NCBI GenBank assembly: GCA_963737635.1
Contig: CAVTTL010000001.1
Span: 1,472,001 to 1,536,000 of the forward strand
Direction: 5' to 3'
DNA from: an uncultured Methanoregulaceae archaeon
Lineage (GTDB): Archaea; Halobacteriota; Methanomicrobia; Methanomicrobiales; Methanospirillaceae
DNA length: 64,000 bases
Both the position numbers and the translations under genes were made by a program. Numbering within the stretch: the stretch's first letter is position 1; each line of letters opens with the position of its first letter. This document shows positions 60,995-64,000 of the stretch, piece by piece. The notes beneath the pieces are model-generated. The model was not told the origin of the DNA. It did no database searches and saw only the letters and a list, made by a program, of their open reading frames with translations.

Positions 60995-63900
60995 TCAGGA
61001 GAGACGGCACGCACATTTCGGAACTATAATCTCGAACCGGGCGCCTTTGCCCAGCTCACCGGTCTCCCGCATGGTCATGCCGGTAATGGTGAGAATCTCC
61101 CGGCAAAGGAATAATCCAAGCCCGGTATTTTTCCCAAATCCTTTCTCAAATATTTTATCTTTCTCATCATCCGGGAATACCGGAGCCGTTGTCCTCCCAT
61201 ACCACCACCAGCCCTTCGTTTGATTGACGGGACGATACCTTGATCTCTGTTACCTTCTGGCCGTGCCGGATGGAATTATCCAAGAGATTGAAGAACACTT
61301 TTTCAAGCATCGGATCTGCGTATAGTTCAACTCCCCGGAGATCTACGGTAAGTGTGATAGAGTCCGGGATGCGTAAATACCTGATGAGTTTGTCCGGTTC
61401 CTGCCATTTTGGTTCGGAGATCCCGATATTCTGGTAGGTCTGGGTATCCGTGATCAGGCACTGAATCGCTATTGAAGTATCTTCCAGTTCGCTGATATAA
61501 TGTGCCAACGCGGGATTCGGAAATTTCATGCGCAGTATACCAAGGTATCCAATGAGAGCGGAGACCTTGTTGAGGATATCGTGCCGGGTAATGCTGGTCA
61601 TCAGGTTGAGCCGGATGTTTGCCTGCCGTAGCGCCTCCTCCACCAGTTTGCGTTCAGTGATATCTGAGAAGACTGTGGCAAACTGGTTTTTCTTGGGGGA
61701 ATATACCGAGATCCGGAAATATTTCTGAAGCGAGGGGAAATACGTTTCAAAGGTTTCCGGTTTACCGGTGTCTGCGACCCGTGCATATACGTCGAGATTT
61801 TGGGGCTCTGTTGTGTTGTACGCTTCCCGGCTGGTCTTTCCGATCACTGAGGTACGGCTGATACCAAGCTGGCGTTCGAACGAACCATTAACCTCGAGGA
61901 TCCGGTAGTCTGATACTTTTTTATTACCATCAAAAATGATCTCGTGCAAGGCCAAACCATCGTCCGTATTGTTGAAGGGGAGGAGGAGCTGTTCCCTCTC
62001 CAGCAGGGTGTCTTCGACCAGCTCGCGTTCTGTAATATTCCGGATCGACAGAAGATCTGCAGTTTTGCCCTTATACACGATAGCCTTGCCAATACTCTCC
62101 ACGTGGATTTTTTTCCCTTGTGCCGATATGATCGAATAGTGGGCAAGGCAGGCGTCGTGTCCTTGGGAGAGCTGCATAAGGTCCCTTGCTGCATCTTCCC
62201 GGGATTCCGGGGCGATAAAGTCTATAACTTTCCTACCGACCAATGAGTCATAGTCATTGGCCTCAATTGTCCGGACCGCCGCATCGTTTGCGAAAAGAAT
62301 CATTCCCTCTAAATCAATTATCAGGATGGCTTCGGGTGAATGCTTTACAAGCGACCTGAACTTCTCCTCACTGTCCAGAAGCATTTTTTCGGCCGTTTTT
62401 CTCTCGGTAATATCGAGTAAAACACCTGAGTATACCAGTTCATTTCCATGTACTACTGGACTTACTTTGCTGCAAAACCAGATAGTCTCCCCCGAGGGTT
62501 TTACGAATCTGCCCTCAAAATTCCAGGACTCAGCCTTCTTCTGGCTATCATTGACTGATTCGATGAACCGGTCCCGGTCATCCGGATGAACGTGGCCGGT
62601 AAACCACCGAAAGAAATCCTTATTCGAATTGTCGAACCCAAAAATGATTTCAGCGGCATGTTCATTGACAAAATGGACACCCCTCTCGCCGTTGGGACGG
62701 ATATCAGTACTGGAAGATAACCCCGGGAACCATCGACTGTGATCTCTTCGATCTTCTGCCAGAGATCCCTTAGTTCGTCCCGTGTGGTGGGAAGTTGATC
62801 ATTCATTGCCCGGAGCGAGAGTTCGATCTGTTTACGCTCAGTGATATCCTGGATTACTCCAAAAACCACCCGGTGTTCTGCGTCATAAGCCGCTACAGAA
62901 TGGATATCCCGCACTGCCCAGTCATTCACGCGCTGGATTTTATATTCCAGATTGTAGGGTTTACCTTGCGTTATCAGAGATTGAAGGGTCTCGTCCAGAG
63001 CTTGGCGGTATTCCGGCAACGTGATTTGCTGAGCTGCTTTTGTTGATATTAGAAGGTTTTTCGTGCCGTAAATTGCTCCCGCACCATCAGAGCATATCAT
63101 AGTTCCGGAATCCAGGTCGAGCTGCCAGTGGCCGAAATGTGCTATCATTTCCGCTCGTTGCAAACGGACTTCACTTTCCTGTAGCGCTTTCTCAGCGGTT
63201 CTCTGAGGAGTAATGTCACAAATCGATTCAATCGCACCGACAATATTTCCCTTATTGTCCTGAATAGGGGAGACTTTACAGGATAGAATCCTGGAGAGCC
63301 CCATCAGCTTCGTGAATCGCGTCTCTGCTCTCATAACGTTCCCTTCCTCTTTCAGAAGGCGCGAATAGCGGTTTTCAATATCCGCATCGGAATTGAAGAC
63401 CAGATCAATGAGGATAGGACAACGTTCTCCATAGAGAGGTAGAGCATATTCATAGTTATCCTTGCCGAGCATATCGATAGCTGAAATACCGGTCATCTCT
63501 TCGATCGCTTTATTCCATGCGATTATGATCCCCTGTTTATCGATGGCAAAGGTAGCATCCGGCAGGAAGGTGAAAAGGTCGTAGGCCCATTGATTGTAAT
63601 TTATTCGGGCCTGCTCGCTGTTATTTCGTTGCACGGCCATTCTGATCTTATGTTCGAGCTCGGCAAGCTGCGATCGTGCATCTTCGCCTTTCTGAATATA
63701 AAAATCCACACCGGTGTCAATCGCTTGGATGACCACATCCTCTCGTCCTCTACCGGTGAATAGGATGAAAGGCAAATCGCCGAACTTCGATCGGACGATC
63801 TTAAGGAATTCGATGCCATTTATCCCTGGCATCTGGAAATCTGATACTACGGCATTGTATGCCTTGTTCATCAGGGCGTCAAGTCCGTCCTGTGCTGATA

Positions 63901-63997
63901 TTTTAGTATCGACTGAGAATTCTCCCCTTAACTCTAGATACAACTTTGTAATCTCAAGAAGGTTTGCTTCATCATCGACATAAAGAACTGATAACAT
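60995..63997 (-). CDS. Large hybrid histidine kinase REC-(PAS)n-HisKA-HATPase, frameshifts near 62740, 62708 and 61172
   Basis: VLYVDDE; several PAS/PAC; TRHDILN; NLLDNSIRHG; GFGKNTGLGLFL..GARFEI continues past 61167 in another frame to TGA at 60995. Confidence 0.88.
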
Positions 63998-64000
63998 GCC

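Noticed and set aside
1-64000. CRISPR array, transposase or integrase
   Set aside because: No repeat-spacer array seen; all tandem repeats are in-frame intragenic; no ORF with recognisable transposase or recombinase motifs

Overview
Archaeal chromosomal window, most consistent with a Methanomicrobiales (Methanoregula-like) methanogen: GatDE, Fae-Hps fusion, archaeal riboflavin reductase, intron-containing tRNA-Trp, REC-PAS-histidine kinases, and PKD/PEGA/NosD surface proteins. Housekeeping genes (argH, gatD, gatE, pyrH, nth, pncB, methylthioinosine phosphorylase and deaminase, fae-hps, copA, ferritin) are interleaved with accessory blocks. The best candidate for an undescribed system is 4.5-17.1 kb. 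There, a receptor-type Hanks Ser/Thr kinase (signal peptide, NosD beta-helix, TM, kinase) sits in tandem with an ArsR-HTH/FHA regulator. The pair is surrounded by a GT-C glycosyltransferase, a GtrA-family flippase, Ser/Thr-rich surface proteins and a MacB-type ABC exporter. Other signals: a ~2.9 kb islet bounded by a 17-bp direct repeat of the fae-hps 3' end, an unannotated minus-strand transcription unit at 13.0-13.5 kb, an ATA at the expected gatD start, a box C/D guide in the tRNA-Trp intron, and a coiled-coil/receiver fusion. Eleven genes carry small frameshifts that look like sequencing or assembly indels rather than true pseudogenes. All family calls are from motif recognition; no searches were run.
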